A stretch of DNA of 64,000 bases, taken from Malacoraja senta. Taxonomy: Eukaryota. The number at the start of each line of letters is the position of its first letter. Within the stretch, counting starts at the first letter, position 1. The stretch lies in assembly GCA_038087875.1 (NCBI GenBank), contig CM075977.1:92628001-92692000 (forward strand). Direction: 5' to 3'. Below the pieces are notes generated by a model, which was not told the DNA's origin, ran no database searches, and saw only the letters and a list, made by a program, of their open reading frames with translations. This document shows, piece by piece, positions 11,962 through 25,781 of this stretch. A program made the translations under genes and the position numbers.

Positions 11962-14900
11962 CTATGGGGGAAAACAGAAAATCCCAGAAGATGCAGGGGC
12001 AACACAAAAGAGCGGGAACAGTAAGACAAAAAAAAAGAAAAAAAATTAGTTATTGCATCCCATAACATTTATTCTTCCAAAGCATCTATGCTTCTGCTAA
12101 CCAGAAACATGAATTCAGAATTTGGAAAAGCCAATTTGCACCAATTCCCACAACAATTGTGTAGAAATACAATTTTGAATTTTCACATGTTGTTTTCCCT
12201 CTTTATGCCTCCCCACACCCACACAAAAACCGTATGCACTTATTCCACTGGACCCATTACAAAAAACAGTTTTCCCATTTGATGTCTTCAATTATCACTT
12301 ACTTTTGTTTTTACTTAAACCAGCCATCTAGTTATTTTTTAGTTGCTACCATTCTCTCTTTAACTTTATTTACTCCTTGCTCCCAATTAATTGTGTTTTG
12401 TTGCCAACACTTGACCTATTTAATGCCATTCGAATTTTCAAATGTTTATATTTTCTCCTTCTTGCTTTTGGGTCAAGTCAATGGTGTCTGCTTTCTTGCT
12501 GCTCCTATTTGTAATCCAGCACGTACCCAAGCATCGGTACAAGCCCAGCACCTTAAAAGAAACCCACTGGGAATGATGAGGTCCGCAGAGAGGAATGGGA
12601 AACCTATGCAAGGAAGAATGGGGAATTTTGCCAAATTGCTTGAAAATATGACATGTGGATAACAGAAAACTTTATATTCACTTCAAAAATCAGATGCGTT
12701 ATGACCAAGTATTTCAACTATGTGAACCCTGACAATTTGCCTTAAGAATAATGTTTCTGCTAAAGTGCAAATAAAATTACAATGATCAGCAATTGCTATT
12801 TAAGTTTTCATTAAAAAAATTACCCCATTCCTTTTTTTAATAAGACATTATCACATTTAACATGGGGTAGATTTTAATCACATCTATCTAGTGGAATAGA
12901 GTGGTGGGAAGCTAACAGAGTCCCAGTTACTCACTCTTCAAGCACCACTAAATTGATAGGATTTGGGGGATGGAAACCAATCCTAGCAAGCACCTTGTAT
13001 CAGCAGATGTTCTCAGAGCTGCAAGGAATGCCCTTGCTTCTGACTAGAAATTGGTGCAAAGTCAATGGCAATGGAATTTAAATCGGGTCCAGGAATTAAA
13101 CAAATCTATGCTCAGTTATGGATAAGCGGATACATTTCAAACTTATGGGCCACCCTTCTACCACAAAGTGGCCAAGCTAAAATTGTTAAAGTAGCACGCA
13201 ATTTAAAAAATAATATTCAATGCACAGGATAGAAATCCATCAATTCGTATTGTAGTACCAATTTAGGAATTATAAATAGTTCAAAGAAGCAATTGACTAT
13301 TCATGTATCAAATTCAACCTTTTTGTAAAAAGAACAATCGAGCAAAACAAGACTACTTCTGAAACACCATATTAGCTGAAGAACAAGACAACACACAATA
13401 CCTACAAAGAAGATTTTCAAAGTCATTTGGGTCAAATAATCACACCTAATTCTAAATCTTCCTTAACTGTTCAAATTGTTTGGCTTATTTAATTTAGAAT
13501 TAATGATAGTAATGCAGAAATCACCCTTGATATTTATAACTCTCCTCCACAAAGGAGAACACAATGGTGCTAGAAGCAGGAGTCTAGTCTCATTCTTGGT
13601 TTGCCATTTCAGGCGAGACCAAGCAAAAAGAACCAGCACTTGTCTGAATAGAATTTGTAGCCAGATTTACTCCAGGCTTCTTCTGGACCTCTCCCAATAA
13701 CCAACTGCAGTAAACATGGACATGGAGCTATGATCAAGATGCTTGCCTAATCTCTCAACAAGGTACACTACATGGCATGAGACAACTGGACAATGGGCAT
13801 TAATAACCATATCTTCACCATATCTAAACATAAAGAAAATACCTAAAGCTTTGTTTTCATTATATATTACTATTTTTGCTATAAATTAATATGTTACTAT
13901 TCTTATTATGTTGTCCAAACCTGTTACCTTTTAGACACCATAATAGGAATAGTAACATATCAGGCTGACAATACTGCAAAATAAGCCTTTCGGTAATTTT
14001 CAAAACATTTTAAATGCTGCGTGAAAAAGACTTTTAATGAATGAATCTCAAAAAATTAGTTACAAACTTCTGCTTTACTGCAGCACAAATTATGAATTAT
14101 TTGATCTTTAGCCCAAGGTTAAGTCTTTAACAGAGCTTCTCAAATAAGGCACAGAACTTGAATTCATTTTGGAGTTCAATTATATGCATACCAAGAAGAA
14201 TGCATTCGGAAAGAATGTATTAGAGAATGGGTTGTTCTACTCTATATCCAGCAATGTGGTTGTATGCCATTGATAGGAAAGGCAGTTGCTTTGTTGACAA
14301 TCTACTTTCTCTGTTGCCAAGCTAATAACATCTGTTGAATCACGACTGGTTATAGAGTTAATGGGTTCATTAAACCTGCTCTTTATTGGAAACCTGACGT
14401 CCACATTTGTTTCAAGACAATTAAATCCAGAAAGTACAGCTCAAGCAAGGGTCTCAAATTTTGACCCTTATAATTTTTATAAATATTAGCAGACTGTTAA
14501 AAACCTGTTTTTCTCTTTACATATGTTTGCTAGTCAGTCAAGTCATGAAAAACATTCAGACCCACTGAGTTACTCCAGCTTTTTGTGTCTATCTTTGGTT
14601 TAAACCAACATCTGCAGTTCCTTCCTACCTATTCTTCCGAAACTATGCTTTCTACCTATTCTTCTGAAACTATGCCGATGACCTGCAATTAATCCAATTG
14701 AGAGGTCCTGCAGGTTAGACTTGCTTTTATCTACTCAGTGTGCTGCAAATGTTACAGCTGTATCACAGCTCCAGTGACACAGGCTCAAAATCCAACCCCC
14801 GGTGCAGTCAGGGTGGAGTTTGTATGCCAACGCCAAGGCTCTGTGGGTGAGGACCACAGTCTAGGATCCTTCCGCTGCTGGACATGGGGGGGATAGGGTG

Positions 14901-15673
14901 TGGTGGAGACGCCCCTCAAAAATAAGGGAAGGGATTCCATGCCAGTGGGCCACATGTATGGCAAGGGTGGGGGAGAAATTTGTGAAATTTGGGTAATGTG
15001 TGTAAACAGCATTGAATGTTTGTATAACCTCTGAGAATGCCAGATTATTTTTTTGCACGGTTCCTGTATTGTATATATTTATTACTTGAAATTTGAAAGA
15101 AAAAAAAATTAGGTTCTCCCTGGATAAACTGGTTTCCTCCCACATTCCAAAGCAGGGCTGGATGAGGAAGATGTTAATACACGTAAGTGAGAAAGTGGAG
15201 GAATGGGATTGCTGACATAGACTGCATGGGATTGTGTATTGTTGCTGTATATGTTGTTTTTGTTTCATGCTTGTTTTAATTGTATGGTGTCATGCTTGTT
15301 TTAATTGTAAGGTGTCCTTGAGCGTAGTGAAAGGTGCCCTATAAATAAAATGTATTATTATTATTATTATTATGAGTGTCCTCATTCTAAGTCATAAGGA
15401 AATGCAGGAAAACAAAAGAAACAGGTACAAATAAAAGGACAGTGTAAATTAAAAATACCTGAAGAATTTGAATATTTAATATTATTTATAAGCAAGATTA
15501 GAATGATTTGTGTTTTTCCTAATTGTCTATTCACAGGAAACCACACAATGCAGGGGATTGCATGCGAGCAGCTCATTCTCTACTCCAACTGATGACTTTC
15601 CTCTACTGGCCAAAAATTAGCCAGAGGCAGAAAGCGGTCTACCGCGCATTTATAGATTATGAAAAATGAAAAA

Positions 15674-15993
15674 GGGGTGGCACGGTGGCGCAGCAGTAGA
15701 GTTGCTGCCTTACAGCGCTTGCAGTGCCGGAGACTCGGGCTTGATCCTGCCTACTGGTGCTGTATATACAGAGCTTTTCATTCTCCCCGTGACAGCGAGG
15801 GTTTTCTCAGAGATCTTCGGTTTCCTCCCTCACTCCAAAGATGTACAAGTTTGTAGGTTAATTGGCCTGGTGTATGTGTAAATTGTCCCTAGTGTGTGTA
15901 GGATAGCGTTAATGTGCGGGGATCACTGGTCAGCGCGGACCCGGTGGGCGGAAGGGCCTGTTTCTGTGCTGTATCTCTAAACTAAACTAAACT
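15674..15993 (+). mobile_element. tRNA-derived V-SINE (HE1-like), near full length
   Basis: Head GGTGGCACGGTGGCGCAGCAGTAGAG (A box), V-domain-like GGTTTCCTCCC..ACTCCAAAGA, CR1-type tail ending (TAAAC)n. Confidence 0.85.
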
Positions 15994-18892
15994 GAATTTG
16001 GCAGGCGCCATTGTGACATTCATTTCTCCAAAGACTATGTTCTCTCTGCCAAAGTGATTCTTTCTGTTGATATGTAAATGATGAAATCTATCTCAGGATC
16101 TGAAATGCAATCCCAAACTTGAATTGATCACATTTAACAGTTAAGATATTTCTATAAACAGACTAGTTAATTGATTGGTGCAGAAATCTAAACACTGTGA
16201 AAAGATCAGTGATCAGAGCATTGCTCAAATGCTGCAGGAACAAGTTATCGTCTTTGATGCGGCTGTTTATCAAGATGATCTCTCGGATTGAAGTTCCTGT
16301 TAACAAAAACTGAGATTATTTAAAGAGAAATAATGTTAAGAACTGTAGATATCCTGGCAAAATGACCTACAAGTAATTTGGAAACAGCACAATAAGGGTT
16401 AAACAATGTCTTCAACATCAACAAATGCGATTACACAACTTGTTTTTAAGAAATAATTAAGATGTGTATTATTGAGAACAAAGATAATGTAGCATTTAGT
16501 CACTTTGCATACATCTAACCAAAATATTTCAATGCCAAGGGTTAAAATATTATCTGGTCTCTCAGATCTCTACTTTGCGAAATAATACACCGTCACTAAA
16601 CCAATCACCAACCAATATCAAATGCTCCAACTCAACACCCAAATATGGGTGAAATATGGTAAAGCTTTAAAAAAATGTTTATTCATTTGTCTTAACATCT
16701 TTGCTAATATGCACAACATTTTATTTTTAGAAGTTTTGTTTCGACAATCATCCTATAATTATAGAATGTGTGATTATGTGTCAAACCATTGGCAGTTTCT
16801 GATGGTACCCTATTCTGACTGGAAATTGGATTGATACTGTTCCATCTATTTCATCAGAGTCATATTTTTAAAAAACTCTCATTTATTCAGATTAGATAAT
16901 AAACAAACATATCAAAATCTAAACCAGGAATACTTTCTACCAATGGGAAATAAAAGTTATTTTCTTTCCTCTTCTGCCATTGTTTTATCATTCTCCAGAA
17001 AACTTCTTGGTAAACCATGTCTTAAGTATTACCATGTGGCAGTCTTGGGGTCTTACTATTCTTTGGTGGTGATAAGTAACACTAATTGTGCACCTAGGAC
17101 CTGCAAATATTATATTTGTTACTTAACATATTATAAATGCTAATCAAACATATTTGATGCTCCAATAAACTCAATGGTGGAGCAATAGTGGCTAACATTT
17201 GAAAGATTTAATACAAGTTTGCAACAAAAATACCTCCCTTTAAACAGAAATAGTCTGGCTGTGGCTATCAAGGTAAGTTAAAGATCGTAATGAAACAAAG
17301 GAAAGGCTCATACTATTGTTGAATAAAGAAGCATGAGCTTTGAAAAAATTTTAGCAATGGTGGATCAAAAAACTATTGAAGGGAAGCATAAAGCTAGAGT
17401 AATCTATTGACAAACAAAAACAAGATGATATATGCAAGTTTGCTGATGATACAAAACTGGCTGACATTATGGTTTGGGAGAAGGGATATTTATGGACTAG
17501 GTGAATGGTATGGCAGATAAATGAAAATACTGTATACTTGGTCAACTTGGTGGAAAGAATAAATGGGCACTGTATGCTTTAATTGAAGAGTGCTTAAAAG
17601 GTGTTGATGTTCAAAAATAAATTGGTGTCTTTTTCTTACAGTTAACGTACAGTCACAGCAAGCATTTAGAAAGACAAGTGGCATGTTGGCCTTTACTACA
17701 AAGGATTGGAGTAGAAAAGTACCGATGCCTTACTCCAATTATCCTGCTGAGACCGTATCTGAAATATTTTGTACAGGGCCTATCCCACTACTTATGGAAA
17801 TGTAAATTACGATTGACAGATTGCAGTAAATGTTCGCCAGATTAGACAAGTTTGTAGTACTAGGAATAAAAGTAAATAGAACGAGTTTATGTTATTGTGA
17901 GTTCAGAGAAATAAATGGTAATCTCATTGCAATATACAAAATTCTTACAGGACTTGACAGAATAAATACAGAAGCGGGAGTGGGGGTCCAGAACTATGGT
18001 GGCATGGGCTCAACATAAGGGGCTTAATGCAAGGCCTAGATATGAAGATGTTTCTTTACCTGGAAAGCTGTATAGTTTTGGATTTCTCTGTTCAAGCAGA
18101 ATGTGGAGACTCAAGTCAGACATTAATAGGATTTTGGATATTAAGGAAATCAGGTAGTAGGGGCCAAAATGCCTATTCTTGCTTCAATTTCTTTTGTTAT
18201 TGTTCAAACCCATTTCATAAAATGAATATTTGCAAATCTGAAAAAAAGTCTGCCAATGATTTTAAACAAAATTGAAACATAAAAAGCAGACTATTCAACT
18301 GGTATCACAAATTTTAAACATTAAATGTTTTGGATTTCCAATTATTGACACAGCAAGAATCAGGCTGCCATTTTCTCACAGGTGGGAAATCATGATTAAT
18401 TTTTTCAGACTTCACTTTACTATTTTATGACATCAGATATGTGAAGAGAATTTGAGCTTTAATATTGCAATTCATAAAATCTTTGCACGCTGTAATTCCA
18501 AAATAATGAATTCAAACTATTAACGAAATTAAAAGTGTTCATGGAATTGATTTCTCAAAAATCAAAACTTTTCCTTTGTGCTAATAATATTTTTAAAAAC
18601 CTGTCCTTTTAAAATATTAAAATCAAAATAGTCTCTCACTTTTATCGTAGATGCTTATTTGATATGCTCACAGTTATTTTCTTTCATAATTAGAGAAGTG
18701 TCAACTTAAAACTATGTATTCACCCATTTTTATTCTAATTGGTTATAATCAAAACATACACTTCTTACATTGGAGCTAATTTCATGAAAATCAATTAAAG
18801 TTCAATATTAAATTTTGTTTCTTGATTTTTGTATCTGTAGTTTGTTTAATTATCAGTACACCTAACATATTTCATGCCCCAGTGCACACTAC

Positions 18893-19113
18893 CTTAATTT
18901 CATGCTTGGCTGGTGTGAGTAATGGAGTGATGCCAGTCTTTGCTTTCTTATCCTCTTCCTCTGCCTTCTCCTCTTCTGCCTTCTTCTCTGGTGTCACTGT
19001 GGTTATTAAATTGGTTGACACTAGGCTCTTGGCTGCACCATAATGGCCGGTAGTCACTTCTGAGGCCGAAATGGAGTCTTTTATGAGCATCTCATGATTT
19101 TCGGTGACCGAGG
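18893..19113 (-). CDS. EPB41L3: EPB41L3 exon (ASVTENHEMLIKDSISASEVTTGHYG...TNLITTVTPEKKAEEE...KHEIK), with a possible internal acceptor giving 18893-19059
   Basis: 221 nt, cttaaag|...|gtagtg, phase 1-0. TNLITTVTPEKKAEEE recalled from 4.1B. Confidence 0.92.
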
Positions 19114-19509
19114 CTTTAAGGACACAAAACGTAATTCAGCAGTCTGGACTCGTGAATCAATTGCCATTTGCTTGGCAGGCTAGTAATCGTAGTTACAATT
19201 GATCTTAGTACCTCTAGACAAGAGAGGGGCCACCATCCAAAGCCACCCAGTCCTCTTGCCTGTTTGTCAGTTATTTAGTGATGCCCCCAGGAATTTTGGA
19301 TGTTGGAGAGGAAATATTTGGCTCTGTTTTGATAATCCATAGTCACGTAAACACACTTGCTTTCTTGGTTCGTGGTAGCAACTACAGCAAACAATTTCTA
19401 TTTAGATTGCAAATTTAACATAACATGATACAAGCTTGAGGATTAACAACTCATTTTTCACTATGGACGGATTGCAGCCTTCGTGATTCAGTATCAAATT
19501 CTCCAAATT

Positions 19510-19825
19510 AGGTCAGAGACATATACAACGTGGAAACAGTCCCTTCAGCGGACTTGACCATCAATCATCTACACAGATCCCAATTTTTATTCATTCCAGT
19601 TGCCCATCAAAGCCTCCCAGATCCTACCCCTTACCTACACACTCAGGCAACTTACAGCAGCTATTTAATCTACCAATCCACATGTCTTTGGGATCCAGGT
19701 GGACACTAGAGCACAGAGAGAACACATGTAGTCACAAGGAGAATGTGCAATCTCCATACTGAAAGCACCCAAGGTAAGGATTGAACCTGGGTCCTCAGCG
19801 CTACAAGGCAGCAGCTCCACTATGC
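19510..19825 (-). mobile_element. Decayed V-SINE; similar remnants at about 33023-33335 (+), 54630-54920 (-) and 14770-15190 (+, interrupted by a poly(A)-ending insert)
   Basis: Recognisable V-domain and tRNA-head remnants. Confidence 0.6.
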
Positions 19826-19985
19826 TACTCTTTTGGTATGCATCAGAAGTGCACATTTTAGCTGATCCTCCACCTATGATTTTGCCTTTGTTTTTTCTCT
19901 CTATCAATTAGAACAGTGTGACATGGTGATATCATCAGGTCACCATGATCCTTCAAGTACATTATAAAGAATAATAGCATTTCTT

Positions 19986-20983
19986 GTTGTAAATCTGTTG
20001 TACTTAGCAGCAAGACTGCTTACATTGTAGTGAAGTGCTTTCGACCAAACACGATAGAGGACACAACTTGAAGTGTGGTATAGATTATGAGTGGTCCAAT
20101 TCCCATCTACCCTCATTACTTCTTTCTCATGACACAACGAAGAATCATCAGACTCCAATTGCCCTATTCACCCATTTCACCTGGACTCACTCAATCACAG
20201 GTATTCCTTTTATTCTCTCCAGTCTCTCACCACCTTCTCTGCAACTTAGAATTACCAGTCTGGACAAGTGTCTTGGATTTGAAGTGTCAATTTATTTCTT
20301 TTTCCACAGATGCTGCCAGACCGGCTAAGTATTTCCACCATTTTGTTTTTATTTCAGATTTCCAGTCTCTTCAGATTTTATAGATTTTCATATGCTGACT
20401 GACAAATTAGAACGTGCTACAGGTGATTACAATTGAAGGAGTTCAGCTACAAGTGTGCTGAAAGAATTTGATCTTGGAGATAAAATGCCAAATCCAGCAG
20501 ATACATGGGTTTTAGGCATGGTGGATTTGTATTATTACACATAATGTCAGCAGATGGTATCTCCGCAACATGAAAAAGTCACATGACTAAAGGTTTACAC
20601 AGCGAAACTATGGAAAGTTCATAGGTTGGAAATTTGACCCCAAAATATGAATTACTACTGATAGGATTATGTGAACTGGAATAGACTATCGAGTCCAAGT
20701 GTATTTCATCCTTCTACTAGATTACAGATGATCTGCACCCACAATTCTATGTATCTATCTTTGCAGAGAAAGGCTGATGAATTCAATTGGAAAAAAACAT
20801 CACACCTACACAGCTCTTATACACTGGAACCTTCAATTGCTGTACAATAAATGTGTTGTCAATCAGTTGTACTCAGCAGCAAGAGAGCTTACATTATATT
20901 TAAGTGTTTTTGACCGTTCGAGATAGAGTGCACAACTTGAAATGTGGAATGGATTACGAGTGGTCTAATTACCACCTACCCTC
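19986..20983. repeat. Ungapped 129-bp diverged direct repeat pair (19986-20114 and 20855-20983)
   Basis: About 24 mismatches and no indels by manual alignment. Confidence 0.85.
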
Positions 20984-21384
20984 TATTGCTGCTCTTCCCA
21001 AGATCATATTTAGTTTCACCTCTCTAGAAATACTATTCTGGATGGAGTCATTGAGCCCTTCGTCTCACATTGGCCAGGCAGACCAAGTTGGCATTTTGGA
21101 TCAGCAACTAATATGTTCTGATTACAATGACTTAATTGGATTTATTGCAGCTTGCTGGAAGTAACCCAGAAATATTTTATTCAAACCCAATGGAACTCAC
21201 AGCTCCCCCATTACTAACACTCGCCACAGCATTTGGTCTTCTCAGTTCACTTCCCCTTCCCAATAAACAAAATCCTTATTAATTATTTTGAACTGAAATT
21301 GCACACTAACTAATTTTGTGAACAATCAAGCAATTTCATTAACGAGAAAAAAATCCACAACAGATTGTAACTCAGTCTCCTTAC

Positions 21385-21560
21385 CGCCATCTAAGCTGCG
21401 TGACATGGTGTAACGTTTGCTGGAAGAACGTTCAAAGTATGGTGCTGGGCGATCTATAAGGGAACTGGCTCTCCGAGTCTGGGCTTGTGTTCTTCCACTG
21501 TAGCGGAATTTTGATCCTAGTGTGAGGAATTTTTTTGGAGGCGGCTCAGGTGAAACTAAT
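21385..21560 (-). CDS. EPB41L3: EPB41L3 exon, FERM-adjacent domain ([58 protein letters not shown])
   Basis: 176 nt, ttgcag|...|gtaagg, phase 2-1. Contains the FA-domain motif [11 protein letters not shown]. Confidence 0.97.
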
Positions 21561-23885
21561 CTGCAAAGATAATTGGCAATTAAAAAAAAAATTGATCACC
21601 TTCTATTCCAACAACAATATACTTCAAATTGATTGTGATTGTACAAAGGTTGAAAATAAACAATAATCGTGTAATTATTTTCAGAATTCATTGCAGCTGC
21701 ACAAATCATTTGGCAATGTCAGGTTCTGATATTTGGGGGAAGGAGCTGAGGAGATGAATACATTGCTGTAAATCTAAAAATACAAAGGTTGCAATAACCA
21801 TACAGAATATATATCAAGTCTTCCCCAATCTTTCCTTAATAGTGCTTCAGTGTCCACCCTCCATAAATCTAAACTGAATGGAAGAACAGATATGAAGAGC
21901 CAAATGAGCACCACTGGTCATATTTTTCTGTTTCTATGCCTCTTTTCTGCCTAAGCCGAAAGATCAAAGATGGTGCCTTCATTCAATGAAATATATTTTC
22001 ATAATATCCAACCCTTCCAGAGCAGCAGCAAATACAAATCAACTAATGAATCACTTCTTGTCTAGAGGCATCTTATTGTGCATAAATTGGTTGCAGCATT
22101 TGTGACACACTGTGCCAAATTATTAAATAAATTACATCTTGAAGTAGTGACTTATTTAATAATGTATTTCACAAAATACTGCCCAAGTGGATCAATAGAT
22201 GCTTATTCAATCTGTAAAGCCTTCCTCAAAATGCATCTTCCATTACACATTTGATTACCACATTTTTCCTTTTCTGCAATACCACTGGGTATACCACAGG
22301 ATACACAGTGAAATGGTTACACCAAGAAGCTCATTGTTGAACTTGTTCTTAAATACTAAAGTTGTGGCATATGAGCAGAAAATATCACTAACATCCAAAA
22401 GAAAAATTAATATTTTACTTGTTATTAAGGGCACCAAAATGGTTTAGGCAAATAATATTCGGCATTCGTGGATGGAACTAATAGTAATTGGCTTGGTGCC
22501 CTTGGATGCATTTCTACAGGCACTCCTCGACTTGTGTAATAGGCGACTTACATAAACTTGCACTTACTTAAGGAGTTCTCTAAGCCCACTGTTTTATTCA
22601 AGAGTTGTGCTTATCGGAAATCTTGGTAGTAGTGCGTTACTGCCACTACATGCAGCTTTTTCAGTAAGCTAGTCAGCTGCTCTTGTGGTTGCAACCAAGT
22701 GGTCTCTACGTCGCAGCTCCTAAGTGGCCTCCGCATCCACAGTAGGTTTTTGGTCTGTCGACGGTGTCTGGCTGAACTTGCCAGAGTCATTGTCCTAATT
22801 CATTATTACACAGTCTGTGGCATTATATATATATATATATATATTCAACACTTTGGACTTAGTTTTGTAAATTTAGACTTTGCTACAGCCCTCGGACAGT
22901 TGACTGCAGCTGTACCTGTTATTTGTGGTGACTAAATTCTCTGGCAATGTTGGAAGCTATTTTTAATTGGCAAACTTACTTTTTTAGGTAGGTTTGCATA
23001 TCAGGTTTTGCAAGCTCAACAGCATTAACTAAATTTACTCATCCACAGGTCCACACACATAGCTATTGGGTAAAATATGGTCCAAAGAAGCCCATAAATA
23101 AACTGCATCTAAAGTTTAAATTTAGGATTAAAAGAAGAATAAATTCTGTTTAAAAAATATAATTACATGCTCATTAATTGTCCCAACCGTTTCTACTTCC
23201 TTGTTGCAAACTTATAGTTTTTAGGCATTGCCAGTTTCAGATTAGATAATTTTCCATTTATTATACAGTGTCTGTTGTGCAGTATTGTACATGCATAGTG
23301 AGAATAATTAATGTTTTGCGCATGCAGAAGAATTTCTGTTTCAGACTTATGTAACATCTGACTTATGCAAGGGTCAGTGGTACGCAAGTTCGGTAGCGCC
23401 TGTATTTGTCTTCATTAATTTATCAACGGATATAAATACAACAATGTGTAGGAAGGAACTGCATATGCTGGTTTAAACCGAAGATAGACACAAAAAACTG
23501 GAGTAACTCAGCGGGACAGGCCGCATATCTGGAGAGCATATCTGGATCTTCAGTAACAACAAATATATATTCTTTACTAGAAATCAATGATCTTTTGTGG
23601 AATGTTGTCTAACCAAAATTGGCTTGTAATTTAGTGAATTACTTTGCATTTCCTTACCAGTTTCCTAACTGGACATTTCTCACAACGTGTTATTTAATCC
23701 AGGCATTAACAAATGTCCTAAATCTACTTGAAAATCTAGGCCACTATTTCTGCTCATTCAGTGGTCTGCTTCCACCAGACCGACACTGAGCTTCCTCCAC
23801 TGTTGGTGTCATTGCTCACATCAGACTTGAGAAACAAATCAGAATAAACTATTGCTCTACGAACTCTGTGTGCAGTTATGCTGGA

Positions 23886-23891
23886 ATAATG

Positions 23892-23928
<37 letters not shown>
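23886..23928. repeat. (AAT)n microsatellite
   Basis: Read directly. It produces the poly-Ile run in ORF 23876-24232. Confidence 0.9.
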
Positions 23929-23930
<2 letters not shown>

Positions 23931-24363
23931 TTAAGGCAACTCATTTCAGACTCTTGACACACTCCTAATTCAGAAAGTGAAAATACGTCTGGCATTTCAG
24001 GCTGGTTTATTGTCATAAATGCCCTCACTGCCTGGTATAGCAACTGCTCTGCTCTTGACCACCTGCACCTGCGGGGCGTGATGGGCAGAGCCCAGGGTGC
24101 AATGAAATTCCTCATTGTTTGCATGAAGTTTAGAGTACACAGTATACACGTTAATGACAGATGCAACAATAAACACAACCACAAATGCAAAATAGCATAA
24201 TGATGCAAAGAATTTAGTTCAATCGGAAACAAAAAAACATAAGTGCAGTAACAGAATAACCGATTGAGATAAAGGTAAGAGAAAGAGTACGTGGCAGCAT
24301 CTCTTGGAAGGGGTGTAAAATAAGTGATTGACTCCTGTCTGAGAGCAGTAGAAGCTGATCTTT

Positions 24364-24582
24364 AGGAAAGAACTGCATATGCTGGTTTAAATCGAAGGTA
24401 GACACAAAATGCTGGAGTTACTCAGCGGGACAGGCAGCATCTCTGTAGAGAAGGAATGCGTGACGTTTCGGGTCGAGACCCTTCTTCAGTGAAAAAGGGT
24501 CTCGACCTGAAACGTCACCCATTCCTTCTCTCCAGAGATGCTGCCTGTCCCGCAGTTATGCCAGCATTTTGTGCCTACCTTT
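24364..24582. mobile_element. Penelope-derived palindromic element; intact minus-strand hammerhead core at 24462-24489
   Basis: Inverted arms centred near 24490. Inserted into an older LINE remnant. Confidence 0.8.
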
Positions 24583-25683
24583 CAAAGCTGATCTTTAGTC
24601 TGGACATCCAGGCTTTCAAACTCCTGCATCTTCTCCCAGAGGATAAAAAGGGAATTCCAGGGTGGCAGGCATCCTTGTCTATGCTTCCAGCCAACCTAAT
24701 GCCATGCACTGTCAAGATGTACTGGATAGAAGGAAGTCACAAGATTCTGATGGACTGGGCTGTGTTCACCACTCCCTGCAGGTTCAGGCGGTCAAAAACA
24801 AAGTTGTTTCCTTACCAAGCTAAGTCATAGAATCATACAGCAAGGAAACAGGCCCTTCAGCCCAGCTTGTGCATGCCAACCAAATGCCCCGTCTATGCTA
24901 GTCCCATTTGGCCAATATCCCTCTGTCCCTTGAGTTACTCCAGCTTTTTGTGTCCCTCCATACCTTTCCTAACTATCCCATCAGAATATTTTCCCATCAA
25001 AATGAGATGCATCCCATCAGATATTTCAATAATGCATCCGCAGAAGTTTAGGAAAATCTTTGTGCACATGCTGAATCTTCTCAGATGGCTAAGGAAGTAA
25101 ATATTCTGATGCACTTTCTTGATCTCCGGATCAGTGTGTAAGGGTTATGTTAGGTTACTGACGAATGGATGTTTGGGAACTTGAAGCTTTCTATCATATC
25201 TCCAACAGTTCCATTGATATCGTGTGTCCGCTCCCCTGAGATCAACAACCAATTTGATAATCCATCGCTGCGCACATTGACACACAGATCCACTACTGCA
25301 TTTATGGCAGGATTGGATGATGAGACATTGATTCTAATTAATCATCTTGGGTTATATTTAATGTACACCAAATTTCAAGAGTTAAATATCTGAACATTTA
25401 TATCAGTCATGGTTTACAACAATATTTCATGGCTGACACCAATAAATTCATTTATTTTTAGAGGTGTAAAGCAAATTAAGTTAGTGCAACAAAGGGAAAT
25501 TTGTGATAATTCAAGTCTTCATTAACTTTGTTCACAACAGTATAAAGAACATTGTGCTTGGTGATAAGTGCATTTAGATATTATGTCAGATCCAACTCGT
25601 ATTCTATTGCTGTTTCATAGAATTCGAACAACTTGGCTGAAGTCATTTTTACATGTCAATTTTCATGTCAAACTTATACCCAC

Positions 25684-25781
25684 CGAAAGAATGTGTGATG
25701 CTCAATACACACTTTCCACAACCTTTTTGCTGCTTTATGGTTTGGAAGTTTAAATCCAATGGTACTTTCAAACTGTTCATG
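25684..25781 (-). CDS. EPB41L3: EPB41L3 exon, end of FERM-C ([33 protein letters not shown])
   Basis: 98 nt, tcctag|...|gtgggt, phase 0-2. Confidence 0.96.

Noticed and set aside
12234-12662. 142-aa plus ORF and a good minus-strand acceptor near 12603
   Set aside because: The phase-0 reading on the host strand hits TAA after 16 codons, and I see no 4.1 homology. A poison or non-coding exon cannot be excluded.
14611-14675. 27-bp tandem duplication (and a 25-bp one at ~15266-15317)
   Set aside because: These are ordinary local slippage events at repeat ends.
15674-15760. tRNA-like sequence (also 2850-2923)
   Set aside because: It is a SINE head followed by a V-domain and a LINE tail, with no complete cloverleaf.
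16200-16300. Acceptor-like TTTTTGTTAACAG on the minus strand
   Set aside because: The required phase gives ELQSERSS-stop and there is no convincing donor.
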